DNA of 64,000 bases from Candidatus Dormiibacterota bacterium (lineage in GTDB: Bacteria; Acidobacteriota; Terriglobia; Acidiferrales; UBA7541). This document shows positions 31,829 to 41,140 of the stretch, piece after piece. The stretch lies in the NCBI GenBank assembly GCA_035534495.1, contig DATLRW010000197.1:1561-65560 (forward strand). Direction: 5' to 3'. The notes beneath the pieces are model-generated. The model searched no databases. It saw nothing but the letters and a program-made list of their open reading frames with translations, and was not told where the DNA came from. The number at the start of each line of letters is the position of its first letter. The first letter of the stretch is position 1. The translations under genes and the position numbers were made by a program.

Positions 31829-33097
31829 CTATGCCACCGATTTCTCCGCGATGGCCAGCCGTACGCACAGGGCCACGCCCTCGGCGGCCTGGGCGACTTC
31901 GGCCAGATCGGGGAACGTCGGCGCGATGCGAATCGTGCGGTCCTCGGGGTCCTTCCCGATGGGATGCGTGGCGCCGGCCGGTGTGAGTTCGACGCCCGCT
32001 TCCTTGGCGAGCGCCACGACGCGGCGGGCGCAGCCCTTGGGCACGTCGAGGCTGATGAAATAGCCGCCCTTGGGTTGCGTCCAACGAACGTCGGGAACGC
32101 CGGCCAGTTTCTCGGCGAATATGTCCAGAACCTTCTGGAACTTGGGCGCGATCAGCGCCCGGTGCTTGTCCATCAAACTCAAAATCCCTTCCTTGTCCTT
32201 CAGGAAACGGACGTGGCGCAGCTGATTCAGCTTGTCCGGACCGATCGTGCGCGGCGTCATTTTGGCCAGAAGCCACTTCACGTTGTCCTTCGAGCCGGCG
32301 AACATGGCCAGTCCCGCCCCGGCCATCGTGACCTTGGAAGTGGAGCCGAAAATGAACGCGCGGTTCGGGTTTCCGTGCCGCTCGCACAGTTCCAGGATTT
32401 TGGCGATCTCGATTCGCTCGCTCGTCAGGTGATGGACGGCGTAGGCGTCGTCCCAAAAGAGCCGGAAGTCGGGCGCGGCGGTTTTCATGGCTGCCAGGCG
32501 CTCGATCGTCGGGCCGGAGTAGATCGTGCCGGTGGGGTTGCTGTATTTGGGCATGCACCACATGCCCTTGATGGATGCGTCCTTGGCCGCCAGGCGCTCC
32601 ACCTCGTCCATGTCGGGGCCGTCTTCCCGTATGGCGACCGGGATCATCCGGATGCCGTAATCCTCGCAGATTCGAAAATGGCGGTCGTAGCCGGGAACGG
32701 GGCAGAGAAACGCAACCTCGGGCTGCTTCGACCATGGCGCCGGGCTGTCGCAAGTCCCCTTGAGCAGCGAATAGACCACCGTGTCGTGCATCAGCGCCAG
32801 GCTGGAATTGTTGGCGACAACCATCTGCTCGGGCGGCGCGCCCAAAATCTCAGAAAAGAGGCGGCGCGCTTCGGCGATCCCTTGCAGGACGCCGTAGTTG
32901 CGGCAATCGGTCGAGCCTTCGGCCGTGTAATCGCCCGGGCCGGGAAGCGCGAGCAATGCGGCGCTCAAATCCAGCTGCGCCGGCGACGGCTTGCCGCGCG
33001 TCAGATTGAGTTTCAGGCCCTTCGCCCGAAATGCCTCGTAGTCCTGCTGAACCTGCTGTTTGGCCGTGCCGGTCTGTGCGGTCTCTGTCATTTCCAT
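31829..33097 (-). CDS. PLP-dependent aminotransferase (class I/II fold)
   Basis: 422-aa ORF with NPTG, FWDDAYAVHH, a PLP-Lys context FGSTSKVTMAGAG and a C-terminal RIAPT. Substrate not assignable. Confidence 0.8.
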   Translation of the reverse strand: MEMTETAQTGTAKQQVQQDYEAFRAKGLKLNLTRGKPSPAQLDLSAALLALPGPGDYTAEGSTDCRNYGVLQGIAEARRLFSEILGAPPEQMVVANNSSLALMHDTVVYSLLKGTCDSPAPWSKQPEVAFLCPVPGYDRHFRICEDYGIRMIPVAIREDGPDMDEVERLAAKDASIKGMWCMPKYSNPTGTIYSGPTIERLAAMKTAAPDFRLFWDDAYAVHHLTSERIEIAKILELCERHGNPNRAFIFGSTSKVTMAGAGLAMFAGSKDNVKWLLAKMTPRTIGPDKLNQLRHVRFLKDKEGILSLMDKHRALIAPKFQKVLDIFAEKLAGVPDVRWTQPKGGYFISLDVPKGCARRVVALAKEAGVELTPAGATHPIGKDPEDRTIRIAPTFPDLAEVAQAAEGVALCVRLAIAEKSVA

Positions 33098-33274
33098 GGT
33101 TCCTTCGCGGGATTTTTCGGGAGAACCGAAAAGCGCGTTATGCGCGCCCGCTCCCGTACAACTATTATCATGAATTCCACCCTTTTGGCTTTTGCCCGGG
33201 CTGGATCGCGACGCAATCTTTGCTATGGTATCGGTTCATGAGAACTGAAAAGCGGTGCCCGCGCGGGACGGGCC

Positions 33275-34003
33275 GTGCGTAAAGGGACCCGACCGCTTCT
33301 GTGGCGATGGCGGAAGAACGTGGTGTGGAGTAACGAGCGATCCCCCGAGCTGCTCCACAGTAAACTGCGCACAGGGGCAACCTATTCGCCGTGGCTTTCC
33401 GACCAGGAATTTTTGAAAGCCTATGACGCCGTGAAGGACTTTACTCGCGTCGATATCTACCGTTGCTACGAGCTGTGGAGTTTGGCCAAACAGGCGGCTG
33501 CCGTTCCCGGTTCGATCCTGGAAGTAGGCGTGTGGCGCGGGGGAACGGGCTGCCTGCTCGCCCTGGCTGCTCCCGCCAAACTGGTCTATCTGGCCGATAC
33601 GTTCAAGGGCGTCGTCAAGGCGGGCGCGCAAGACACGAGGTACGTAGGCGGCGAACACGCCGACACGTCCGAGCAGGTCGCCTGGGAACTGCTGGAGAGG
33701 ACCGGCGCGGCGAACGCGCGGCTGCTGCGGGGAATTTTTCCTGAGGAAACCGCCGCCTGGGTCAGCGGGCCGATCTCCCTTCTACACGTTGACGTCGACG
33801 TCTACCAATCGGGAAAGGACGTCGTCGAGTGGGTCCTGCCGCATTTGCCGGTGGGGGCGGCGATTGTTTTCGACGATTACGGATTCCTGGGCTGCGAAGG
33901 GATTACGCGCCTGGTTCACGAAATGCGCGGGTCCTTAAAGGATTTCACCTTCATTCATAACCTGAACGGCCACGGAATTTTTATCCGAACGTCGAAGCCG
34001 TGA
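33275..34003 (+). CDS. TylF/MycF-like class I SAM-dependent methyltransferase
   Basis: 242-aa ORF with a GTG start. EVGVWRGGTGCLLA (SAM glycine loop), VYLADTFKG, LLHVDVDVYQS and IVFDDYG resemble the macrocin-O-methyltransferase family layout. Confidence 0.7.
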   Translation: MRKGTRPLLWRWRKNVVWSNERSPELLHSKLRTGATYSPWLSDQEFLKAYDAVKDFTRVDIYRCYELWSLAKQAAAVPGSILEVGVWRGGTGCLLALAAPAKLVYLADTFKGVVKAGAQDTRYVGGEHADTSEQVAWELLERTGAANARLLRGIFPEETAAWVSGPISLLHVDVDVYQSGKDVVEWVLPHLPVGAAIVFDDYGFLGCEGITRLVHEMRGSLKDFTFIHNLNGHGIFIRTSKP

Positions 34004-34116
34004 GCAGGCTCTCTTCGCCGGGTGAATCCATTCCCCACCCGGCCCGGCCGCGTGCGTGGCGAAGTAGCCCCGTGAGCTATGCTTAGCGTTTAACGGGATA
34101 TCCCCGGGAGGTTGCT

Positions 34117-36300
34117 ATGAAATTCGGCGCAAGGATCGCCGCCTGGCTCGCCTGTTCCGCTCTTCTTTTCTCTTCCCATGCGCTTGCGCAAGGGAGGCTG
34201 CTGGTCGCGCCCGTTCGTCCGGTGACGAATACCTATTTCGGCATAAAAATCACCGATCCCTACCGTTACATGGAGGATTTGAAGAGTCCCGAAGTCCGGC
34301 GCTGGATGAAAGCGCAGGCCGACTACACGACAGCCGCTCTCGGCCGCATCCCCGGCCGCAAGGCGCTGCTGGCCGATATCGTGAAATACGACAATTCCGA
34401 ACCGGCGCTCGTGCACACCGTCACGCGGATGGAGGGGCCGCGCTATTTTTATTTGAAGGCCCTCGCCGGCCAGAACATCGCCAACCTCTATATGCGCCAG
34501 GGACTGGGCGGCCGGGAGAAGCTGCTGGTCGATACCCGTCTCTACAACGGGCCGCGCGGAGAGCCCGCCGCCATCAATTACTACGTTCCTTCGCCCGACG
34601 GCCGCTACGTCGCCTACGGGATCTCCCTCGGCGGATCGGAGAATGCCACGATCCGCGTGCTCGACATCCAAACGGGCAAAAATCTTCCCGTGCGGATCGA
34701 TCGCGCCCGTTTTGGAGGCGTGTCCTGGCTGCCGGATAGCAGCGGTTTCCTCTACAACCGCATGCAGAAACTGGGGCCCGGCGTTTCCTCCTCGCAAACC
34801 GAGCTGAAAAGCAAGGTGTACCTCCATATCCTCGGCGAGCCGCTCGGAAAAGACGTGGCCGTGTTCGGATACGGCCTTTCCCCCGATGTTTCCGTGTTGC
34901 CCATCGACATGCCATATGTCACGGTCCAGCCGGGAACCGATTACGCCCTCGGGGTCCTCTACCACGGCGTGCAGAACGAAGTCACCATGTACGACGCGCC
35001 CCTCTCGGCCATCGGCAAGCCCGATATTCCCTGGAAAAAAATCTGCGACACCGGCGCCGACGTCACCGATTTTGCCCTCCATGGCAACGACGTCTTCCTG
35101 CTCACGCACAAGGACGCCCCGCGTTTCCAGCTGATCGAAACGAGCTTGGCCCATCCCGACCTGGCCGATGCCAGGCTCATCGTGCCGGAGGGTCCCGGGG
35201 TTCTGAGTTCTCCCGTGGCCTCATCGGATGCCGTCTACCTGCAGGATCTCGCCGGCGGCGTCTACAGCATTCTCCGCATACCCTACGGCGGCTCGGTTTC
35301 CCGGCTGCCGCTCCCGTTCCAGGGCTATGCGGTCCTGTATCCTTCCGATCCCCGGCTCCCGGGAGCCTTGATCTTCATGACCTCCTGGGTAAAGGGCCGG
35401 CGAGTTCTCGAATACGACCCTGCCACGAACAAAGTCGACCTGACCGGCCTGCAGCCCTCGGGCCCCTACGACAATCTGTCCGATCTCACCTCCGAGGAAT
35501 TGGAAGCGCCCAGCTGGGATGGCACGCTGGTGCCGCTATCGGTGGTTTACAGGAAGGGACTGCGGCGGGACGGCTCGAATCCCACGATCATCGAGGCGTA
35601 CGGCGCATACGGAATCACGATCGATCCCACGTTCAACCCCATGCGCCTGGCGGCTCTCGATCGCGGCGCCATTTTCGCCGTTTGCCACGTGCGTGGCGGA
35701 GGGGAATACGGCAACGCCTGGTATAAGGCCGGCTACAAGCTCACCAAGCCGAACACGTGGCGCGACCTGATCGGCTGCGCCAAATACCTGATCGCTCACA
35801 AATATACTTCCGCTTCGAAATTGGGCATTATCGGCGCATCGGCCGGAGGGATCACCATCGGCCGCGCCATCACCGAGCGTCCCGATCTCTTCGCCGCCGC
35901 CATGATCGAAGTCGGGCTCACAAACCCGGTGCGCGCGCAGGATTCCGCCAACGGCCTCGTCAACGTCCCCGAATTCGGCAGCGTGGATACGCAAGCCGGT
36001 TTCGAGGATCTCTACGCCATGGATGCCTATCTGCACGTGCGCAACGGCGTGCCGTATCCCGCCGTGATGCTCACGACGGGCATGAACGATCCTCGCGTAG
36101 CGCCGTGGATGCCGGCGAAAATGGCGGCCCGCCTCCAGGCCGCCACGTCCAGCGGCAAGCCGGTCCTGCTTCGCGTGAATTACCAGGGTGGGCACGGGTT
36201 CGGCGCGACGCGCAAACAGGAGGAGGACTTGTACGCCGATTTTCTCTCTTTCTTCTTCTGGCAATTCGGCATGCCGCGCTTTCAGCCGAACCATCCCTGA
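34117..36300 (+). CDS. Prolyl oligopeptidase (S9A family), secreted
   Basis: 727-aa ORF with a signal peptide (AAWLACSALLFSSHALAQG), DPYRYMEDL at the N-terminus, catalytic Ser GASAGG and a C-terminal GGHG (His). GGGAGG SD upstream. Confidence 0.88.
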   Translation: MKFGARIAAWLACSALLFSSHALAQGRLLVAPVRPVTNTYFGIKITDPYRYMEDLKSPEVRRWMKAQADYTTAALGRIPGRKALLADIVKYDNSEPALVHTVTRMEGPRYFYLKALAGQNIANLYMRQGLGGREKLLVDTRLYNGPRGEPAAINYYVPSPDGRYVAYGISLGGSENATIRVLDIQTGKNLPVRIDRARFGGVSWLPDSSGFLYNRMQKLGPGVSSSQTELKSKVYLHILGEPLGKDVAVFGYGLSPDVSVLPIDMPYVTVQPGTDYALGVLYHGVQNEVTMYDAPLSAIGKPDIPWKKICDTGADVTDFALHGNDVFLLTHKDAPRFQLIETSLAHPDLADARLIVPEGPGVLSSPVASSDAVYLQDLAGGVYSILRIPYGGSVSRLPLPFQGYAVLYPSDPRLPGALIFMTSWVKGRRVLEYDPATNKVDLTGLQPSGPYDNLSDLTSEELEAPSWDGTLVPLSVVYRKGLRRDGSNPTIIEAYGAYGITIDPTFNPMRLAALDRGAIFAVCHVRGGGEYGNAWYKAGYKLTKPNTWRDLIGCAKYLIAHKYTSASKLGIIGASAGGITIGRAITERPDLFAAAMIEVGLTNPVRAQDSANGLVNVPEFGSVDTQAGFEDLYAMDAYLHVRNGVPYPAVMLTTGMNDPRVAPWMPAKMAARLQAATSSGKPVLLRVNYQGGHGFGATRKQEEDLYADFLSFFFWQFGMPRFQPNHP

Positions 36301-36391
36301 CGCCCCCTGACACCGGTGGCCGCGGGTCCGATTCGCGATGCGCGCTTGCCAAATCTCGAACGCGTCGCGTACGGTCGTTTGAGGAGCCGTT

Positions 36392-37111
36392 ATGCGACGC
36401 CGATTTCTGGTCGATTCATTTGACGCCGGTCGCGCCTGCCTGCGCGGCAAGGACGCCCGCCATCTCGGGCGCGTCCTGCGCGCGCGCCCCGGCCAGCTCT
36501 ACGAGCTGAGCGACGGCCAGGCGGTCTGGCTCGCGAAAGTGACGGCGGTGGACCGGGAGTCGGTGGACTTCACCCTGGTCGAGCCGGTCGAATCGGCCTC
36601 GCTAACGGTCGATGTCACGCTCCTGCTTTCCGTCATCCGCTTCGCGCACTTCGAATGGGCCCTCGAAAAGGCGGCCGAGATGGGCGCCGGCGCCATTCAA
36701 CCGGTGGCTGCCTCCCGCACCGACTGGGCCCTTCTCGAAGCGGCTCCCAAGCGCCATGCGCGCTGGGAGAAAATCGCCCACGAAGCGGCCCGGCAATCCC
36801 GCCGGATCGCGCCTCCCCGCGTGCTGCCGCTGCTTTCCCCCGCCGAGGTGTTTCGCCAAAGCACGGCCGAAAAGAAACTGCTCCTTTCCGAGCGTCCCGA
36901 CGCGCCCTGTTTCGAGCGTTTTCGGCCCTTGACGCCCCCCTCTTCCGTCGTTCTGGCTTTCGGCCCCGAGGGCGGCTGGACGGAGGAGGAATACGCGCTG
37001 GCCCTCCAGGCCGGCTTTGCGGAGGCCTCGCTCGGCCCGCTGATCCTGCGGACCGAGACAGCCGTCGTTGCGGCGCTGGCCATCGTGCTCTGCGCGTGGC
37101 CCGGCGCATGA
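36392..37111 (+). CDS. rsmE: 16S rRNA (uracil1498-N3)-methyltransferase
   Basis: 239-aa ORF starting MRRRFLV. HLGRVLRARPG (PUA-like N-terminal domain), EWALEKAAEMGA and AFGPEGGWTEEE (SPOUT knot) are typical of RsmE. Confidence 0.85.
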   Translation: MRRRFLVDSFDAGRACLRGKDARHLGRVLRARPGQLYELSDGQAVWLAKVTAVDRESVDFTLVEPVESASLTVDVTLLLSVIRFAHFEWALEKAAEMGAGAIQPVAASRTDWALLEAAPKRHARWEKIAHEAARQSRRIAPPRVLPLLSPAEVFRQSTAEKKLLLSERPDAPCFERFRPLTPPSSVVLAFGPEGGWTEEEYALALQAGFAEASLGPLILRTETAVVAALAIVLCAWPGA

Positions 37112-37179
37112 TTCGAATTGCCCGGGGCGGCTCGGGTGCCCTACGATACGCGGGTTCTTTTTTCTCGAAGGGAAGGCGA

Positions 37180-38034
37180 ATGAAGCGAACCGTTATCCTG
37201 CTGGGGATTTTCCTCGCCGTCTGGTTTGCCGCGCCGCCGGTACGCGCTCAGAATCGTCCGCTGCAAACCCCCGACGCCGATATCGTTCCGACGGGCATCC
37301 TCCGCGTGCAAGGCGGCTTCGATTTCCTCCAAAATATGGATTACCCGCTATCGGGCCTCTCGGGCGATCTCACATCGTACGGCGTGCTGAACATGCGCAT
37401 GGGCGTGGGGCGGCGGGTCGAAGTGCAGCTCCAGGGCACGGTGCAGAACTTTCTCCAGGTGAACGGCCAGGTCCCCGCGCCGGTTACCCCGGTCCTGACC
37501 GGAGCCAATTCCACCCATGACGTGGGCGATTTCAGCCTTTGGACGAAACTGCTCCTGCGCCGCGAGCATCGCGCGCCGGCCGTGGCTTTTCGCTTCGGAT
37601 TCCTAATGCCCAACACAAATCAGGCGCGCGGCCTCGGCAACAACGCCACCAACGTCTACGCCAGCCTGATTCTCCAGAAGCACATCGGGCGTCTCAAGGC
37701 GTTTGGCGACTCGGGCATCGGCATCCTGCAGTCCCCCAACGCCAAGTTCTCGCAAAACGACGAGCTTCTCTACGGCGGCGCGCTCGTCTACCCGCTGACC
37801 AGCCGCGTCAGCGTCATGGGGGAAGTCTCCGGACGCTACTCCTCGCGCAAGCTCACGCCGGCGCTGTACGGCACCGAGAGCCGCGGGGAGGGAAGAATGG
37901 GCCTGGTGGTTTCCGGCGGGGGATTCGAGTGGGACGTGGCGGCGATCGCCGGCGTCTATCCGAACGACCCTTCGACAGGCTTTACGTTCGGCGTTAGCCG
38001 CGATCTGCGCCTGTTCGGCCGCCAGCGCCCTTAG
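37180..38034 (+). CDS. Hypothetical outer-membrane beta-barrel-like protein
   Basis: Start at ATG 37180 (MKRTVILLGIFLAVWFAAPPVRAQ, a signal peptide) inside track ORF 36655..38034. Alternating hydrophobic/polar beta-strand pattern. No recognisable family. Confidence 0.55.
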   Translation: MKRTVILLGIFLAVWFAAPPVRAQNRPLQTPDADIVPTGILRVQGGFDFLQNMDYPLSGLSGDLTSYGVLNMRMGVGRRVEVQLQGTVQNFLQVNGQVPAPVTPVLTGANSTHDVGDFSLWTKLLLRREHRAPAVAFRFGFLMPNTNQARGLGNNATNVYASLILQKHIGRLKAFGDSGIGILQSPNAKFSQNDELLYGGALVYPLTSRVSVMGEVSGRYSSRKLTPALYGTESRGEGRMGLVVSGGGFEWDVAAIAGVYPNDPSTGFTFGVSRDLRLFGRQRP

Positions 38035-38071
38035 CCGGGAAGCGGCTCCGGCACAAGGCCCCGTCAGGCCG

Positions 38072-39349
38072 TCACGTGTACCGCAGCCAGCGCAACAGCT
38101 CCAGAAACGAGGGCCGTTTGCCGTACATCAGCACGCCGACGCGGTAGATTTTCGCCGACGCGTACACCATGACCACCGTCGTCACCGCCAGGATCCCGAC
38201 CGATAGCAGCATCTGCCAGAGCGGCGGCGGCTCGAGCGCCACGCGCATCACCATCAGAATCGGCGAGAAAAACGGGACCATCGTCAACGCGACGGACAGA
38301 GTCGAATCCGGATTGCGGACCACCACCGGGAACATGATGAAGGATGCGACCAGCAGCATCGTGACCGGGAACTGTGCCTGGCTCGCCGCCTGCTCGTTCG
38401 ATACGGCCGCGCCCAGCGCGGCGAAAAGCGACGAGTAGAGGAAATACCCGCCCAAAAAATAGACGACGAACCAAAGCCACAAGGTCATGGGTAGCTGCAG
38501 ATGAAAGCTCGCCGTGCCTCCGGTGAGCATTCGCAGCATCATCTCTCCGTATCCGAGCAGCAGCGCTCCCGATCCCGCCCAGATCAGAAATTGCGTCAAA
38601 CCGACCGCTCCCACTCCCAGGATCTTTCCGGCCATCAGCGGGAACGGCCGGACCGATGACAGCAATATCTCCATGATGCGCGTCGATTTTTCCTCCATGA
38701 TCGAGCGCATCGTCGTGACGCCATAGAGCAGCAGGCTCATATACAGAATGCCCGCCAGCAGGATCGAGGCCTGAAACGTCTGTCCCCGCTCCTTCCGCTC
38801 TCTCCGTTGTTTCACCTGCACCACGCTCACGCCCACGCGGCGAAGCAACGTGTCGAGATCGGAAACGGGAACGTTCCGCTCGGCCAGACGCTGTCCGATC
38901 GCCGCCTGCGTCAGGGCGTTGGCGAGCGCCGACCCGAGCGCGTAATCCCCGGAATTGCGCGTATAGAACCGGGCTGCTTCCTCGGTGCCCGGCGCGGGGG
39001 AGATCAGGAGATAGCCGTCCAGACTGCCGGCGAGAACTTTTTGCTTCAACCGGCTCTCGGTCACCTGCGGATGGGCGGGCCGCTCGATCGTCGAGACGAC
39101 ATCGAATTGCGGGCTGCCGTTCGGCAATTCCGGGATGGCGAGCCGCTGCGCGGCCAGGACGCCGATGCCGCCCGTTTCGTCGACGACCGCGATGCGCAGC
39201 GTTTGCCCGGCGCGCCGGCTCGCAAAATAGGCCGGGACCGCGAACACAACGACCATCAGCGTCGGCAGGCCGATCGTGCTGAGGACGAAAGTCCTCGTCC
39301 GGACGCGGACCGTGTATTCCCGCCGAATGATCAGCCACAATTTACGCAC
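38072..39349 (-). CDS. ABC-2 type transporter permease (NatB-like)
   Basis: 425-aa ORF with an N-terminal TM, a large extracytoplasmic loop and a C-terminal bundle of ~5 TM helices. Its start overlaps the upstream ATPase gene by 8 nt. Confidence 0.8.
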   Translation of the reverse strand: MRKLWLIIRREYTVRVRTRTFVLSTIGLPTLMVVVFAVPAYFASRRAGQTLRIAVVDETGGIGVLAAQRLAIPELPNGSPQFDVVSTIERPAHPQVTESRLKQKVLAGSLDGYLLISPAPGTEEAARFYTRNSGDYALGSALANALTQAAIGQRLAERNVPVSDLDTLLRRVGVSVVQVKQRRERKERGQTFQASILLAGILYMSLLLYGVTTMRSIMEEKSTRIMEILLSSVRPFPLMAGKILGVGAVGLTQFLIWAGSGALLLGYGEMMLRMLTGGTASFHLQLPMTLWLWFVVYFLGGYFLYSSLFAALGAAVSNEQAASQAQFPVTMLLVASFIMFPVVVRNPDSTLSVALTMVPFFSPILMVMRVALEPPPLWQMLLSVGILAVTTVVMVYASAKIYRVGVLMYGKRPSFLELLRWLRYT

Positions 39350-40247
39350 GGGCCTTGGTCACCGACTCCACGAAAATATCCGCCAGCGGCGGCTCCATCA
39401 GCTCGAAGCGCGCCAGGGCGACGCCGCGCTCGACGGCGGCCTTCAAAATCTCCTGCGGATCGATCTCCGGACGCAGCTTGGCTTCGACGACCGAGCCAAA
39501 CCGGTTGATGTCCGTCGCGAATCGTTCGAGGCCCAATCCGTCCACGTTGCCGATGTATTCGATCCGGACCATGTTTCGCCCGAACGCCTTTTTGATTTCC
39601 CGCAGCTCGCCGGCCAGCACCTTGCGCCCGTGATTGATCAGGCAGATCGAGTCGCACATCATCTCCACCTGTTCCATCCGGTGCGTCGAGAGGATGATCG
39701 TCGTGCCCCGCTTTCGCAGGTCGAGCATGATGTTCTTCACCAGGGCCACGTTCACGGGATCGAATCCGCTGAACGGCTCGTCCAGGATGAGCAGGGGCGG
39801 CTCATGCAGCACCGCCGCGATGAACTGCACCTTCTGCTGCATCCCCTTGGACAGTTCGTCGATTCTCCGCTCCATCCAATCGGACATTTCCAGCCGTTCG
39901 AGCCATTGCCGCGTCCGACGGTCCGCTTCGGCTTCCCGCAGCCCCTTGAGCTCGCTCAGAAACATCAGGACCTGCCGCACCCGCATTCGCGGATAGAGGC
40001 CGCGCTCCTCGGGCAGATACCCGATCCGGTCCTGGGTGGCGTGGCTGAGCGGTTGTCCGAGAATCTCGATGTCGCCGCTGTCGGGGATGATCATCCGGAG
40101 CAGCATTCGCAGGGTGGTGGTTTTGCCGGCCCCGTTCGGGCCCAGCAGGCCGAAAAATGCGTTTTCGCGAATGGACAAGCTGAGACCGGAAACGGCCGTC
40201 AGCCCGTCGAACTGCTTTGTCACACCCCGTAGAGTGACCGCATCCAT
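39342..40247 (-). CDS. ABC transporter ATP-binding protein (NatA-like)
   Basis: 301-aa ORF with Walker A GPNGAGKTT, signature LSKGMQQK, Walker B LLILDEP and an H-loop STHRM. Confidence 0.9.
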   Translation of the reverse strand: MDAVTLRGVTKQFDGLTAVSGLSLSIRENAFFGLLGPNGAGKTTTLRMLLRMIIPDSGDIEILGQPLSHATQDRIGYLPEERGLYPRMRVRQVLMFLSELKGLREAEADRRTRQWLERLEMSDWMERRIDELSKGMQQKVQFIAAVLHEPPLLILDEPFSGFDPVNVALVKNIMLDLRKRGTTIILSTHRMEQVEMMCDSICLINHGRKVLAGELREIKKAFGRNMVRIEYIGNVDGLGLERFATDINRFGSVVEAKLRPEIDPQEILKAAVERGVALARFELMEPPLADIFVESVTKARA

Positions 40248-40376
40248 CGCTGGCAGACCCCGCTTCGCCGGACCCGGGCGCCTTATGCCCGTTGCTCAAA
40301 TGAAATCAGGGGTTTATATCACAGCATCATGCCCCCGGAAACCGCTGAGCGCAAACCTGTTTTCGCAATCGCCTGC

Positions 40377-40399
40377 CCTGGAAGTACAGGACTTCCAGG
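40377..40399. repeat. Perfect 9-bp inverted repeat (CCTGGAAGT-acagg-ACTTCCAGG) in a divergent intergenic region
   Basis: Read directly: arms at 40377-40385 and 40391-40399 with a 5-nt loop, no flanking T or A tract. It lies between the ABC ATPase start (40247) and the lepB start (40505). Confidence 0.5.
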
Positions 40400-40504
40400 A
40401 CCGGATGCCAAGCGCTTTCCGCCGCCAGGCCCCGCTTCGCTCCGCCGGAACCGGCCGGCCGGTGCCCGTTTCTGTAGGCCGCCCGGCGCCGGACCTGTTA
40501 TAGA

Positions 40505-41122
40505 ATGAGAGGACGCCCGGAGGAAATGGAAGAGAACTCTCCAACTGCTTCTCCTGAAAAAGCGCGGCCTCCCGATTGGGGTTGGTGGCCGCGCGAGATT
40601 CGCACGTGGCTCCGCGATCTCGCGGTCGCGCTGGCCCTGGCGATGTTCATCGTCGTGTTTCTCTACCAGCCGGTAAAAGTCGAAGGGACCAGCATGGCGC
40701 CGACGATCTCCGACCAGGAACGGATCTTCATCAACAAGTTCGTCTATCATTTTGAGCCGATTCATCGTGGCGATGTCGTGGTCTTCTGGTATCCTTTGGA
40801 CCCGTCGAAATCTTTTATCAAGCGAGTGGTCGGTTTGCCGGGCGAAACGGTGACGATTCGAAGCGGTCATGTGTACGTCGACGGAAGGGAAATTCGCGAA
40901 CCCTACGTCCTGCCGCGCTATCTGGACGACGCCAGCTACCCGCCGGTTTACGTGCCGGCCGGCGAGTATTATGTAATGGGCGATCACCGTGACAGTTCGA
41001 ACGATTCACGGGTCTTTGGTCCGGTGCCGCGGCGCTATATTTACGGCAAGGCCGTTTTCGCCTATTGGCCGGTCGACCGCTTCGGTTCGATCGGCGAAGT
41101 CTCCGCTAAAACGGTAAAATGA
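40505..41122 (+). CDS. lepB: Signal peptidase I
   Basis: 205-aa ORF with a TM anchor, catalytic Ser box VEGTSMAPTI, Lys box IKRVVGLPGE and YVMGDHRDSSNDSR. ATG 40526 is an alternative start. Confidence 0.88.
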   Translation: MRGRPEEMEENSPTASPEKARPPDWGWWPREIRTWLRDLAVALALAMFIVVFLYQPVKVEGTSMAPTISDQERIFINKFVYHFEPIHRGDVVVFWYPLDPSKSFIKRVVGLPGETVTIRSGHVYVDGREIREPYVLPRYLDDASYPPVYVPAGEYYVMGDHRDSSNDSRVFGPVPRRYIYGKAVFAYWPVDRFGSIGEVSAKTVK

Positions 41123-41140
41123 TTTTTCCGGGAGGACTCC

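Noticed and set aside
33509-33518. GGTTCGATCC, a tRNA T-arm-like sequence, appears here.
   Set aside because: It lies inside the TylF-like methyltransferase CDS. The flanking sequence does not fold into acceptor, D or anticodon arms. I found no tRNA anywhere in the window.
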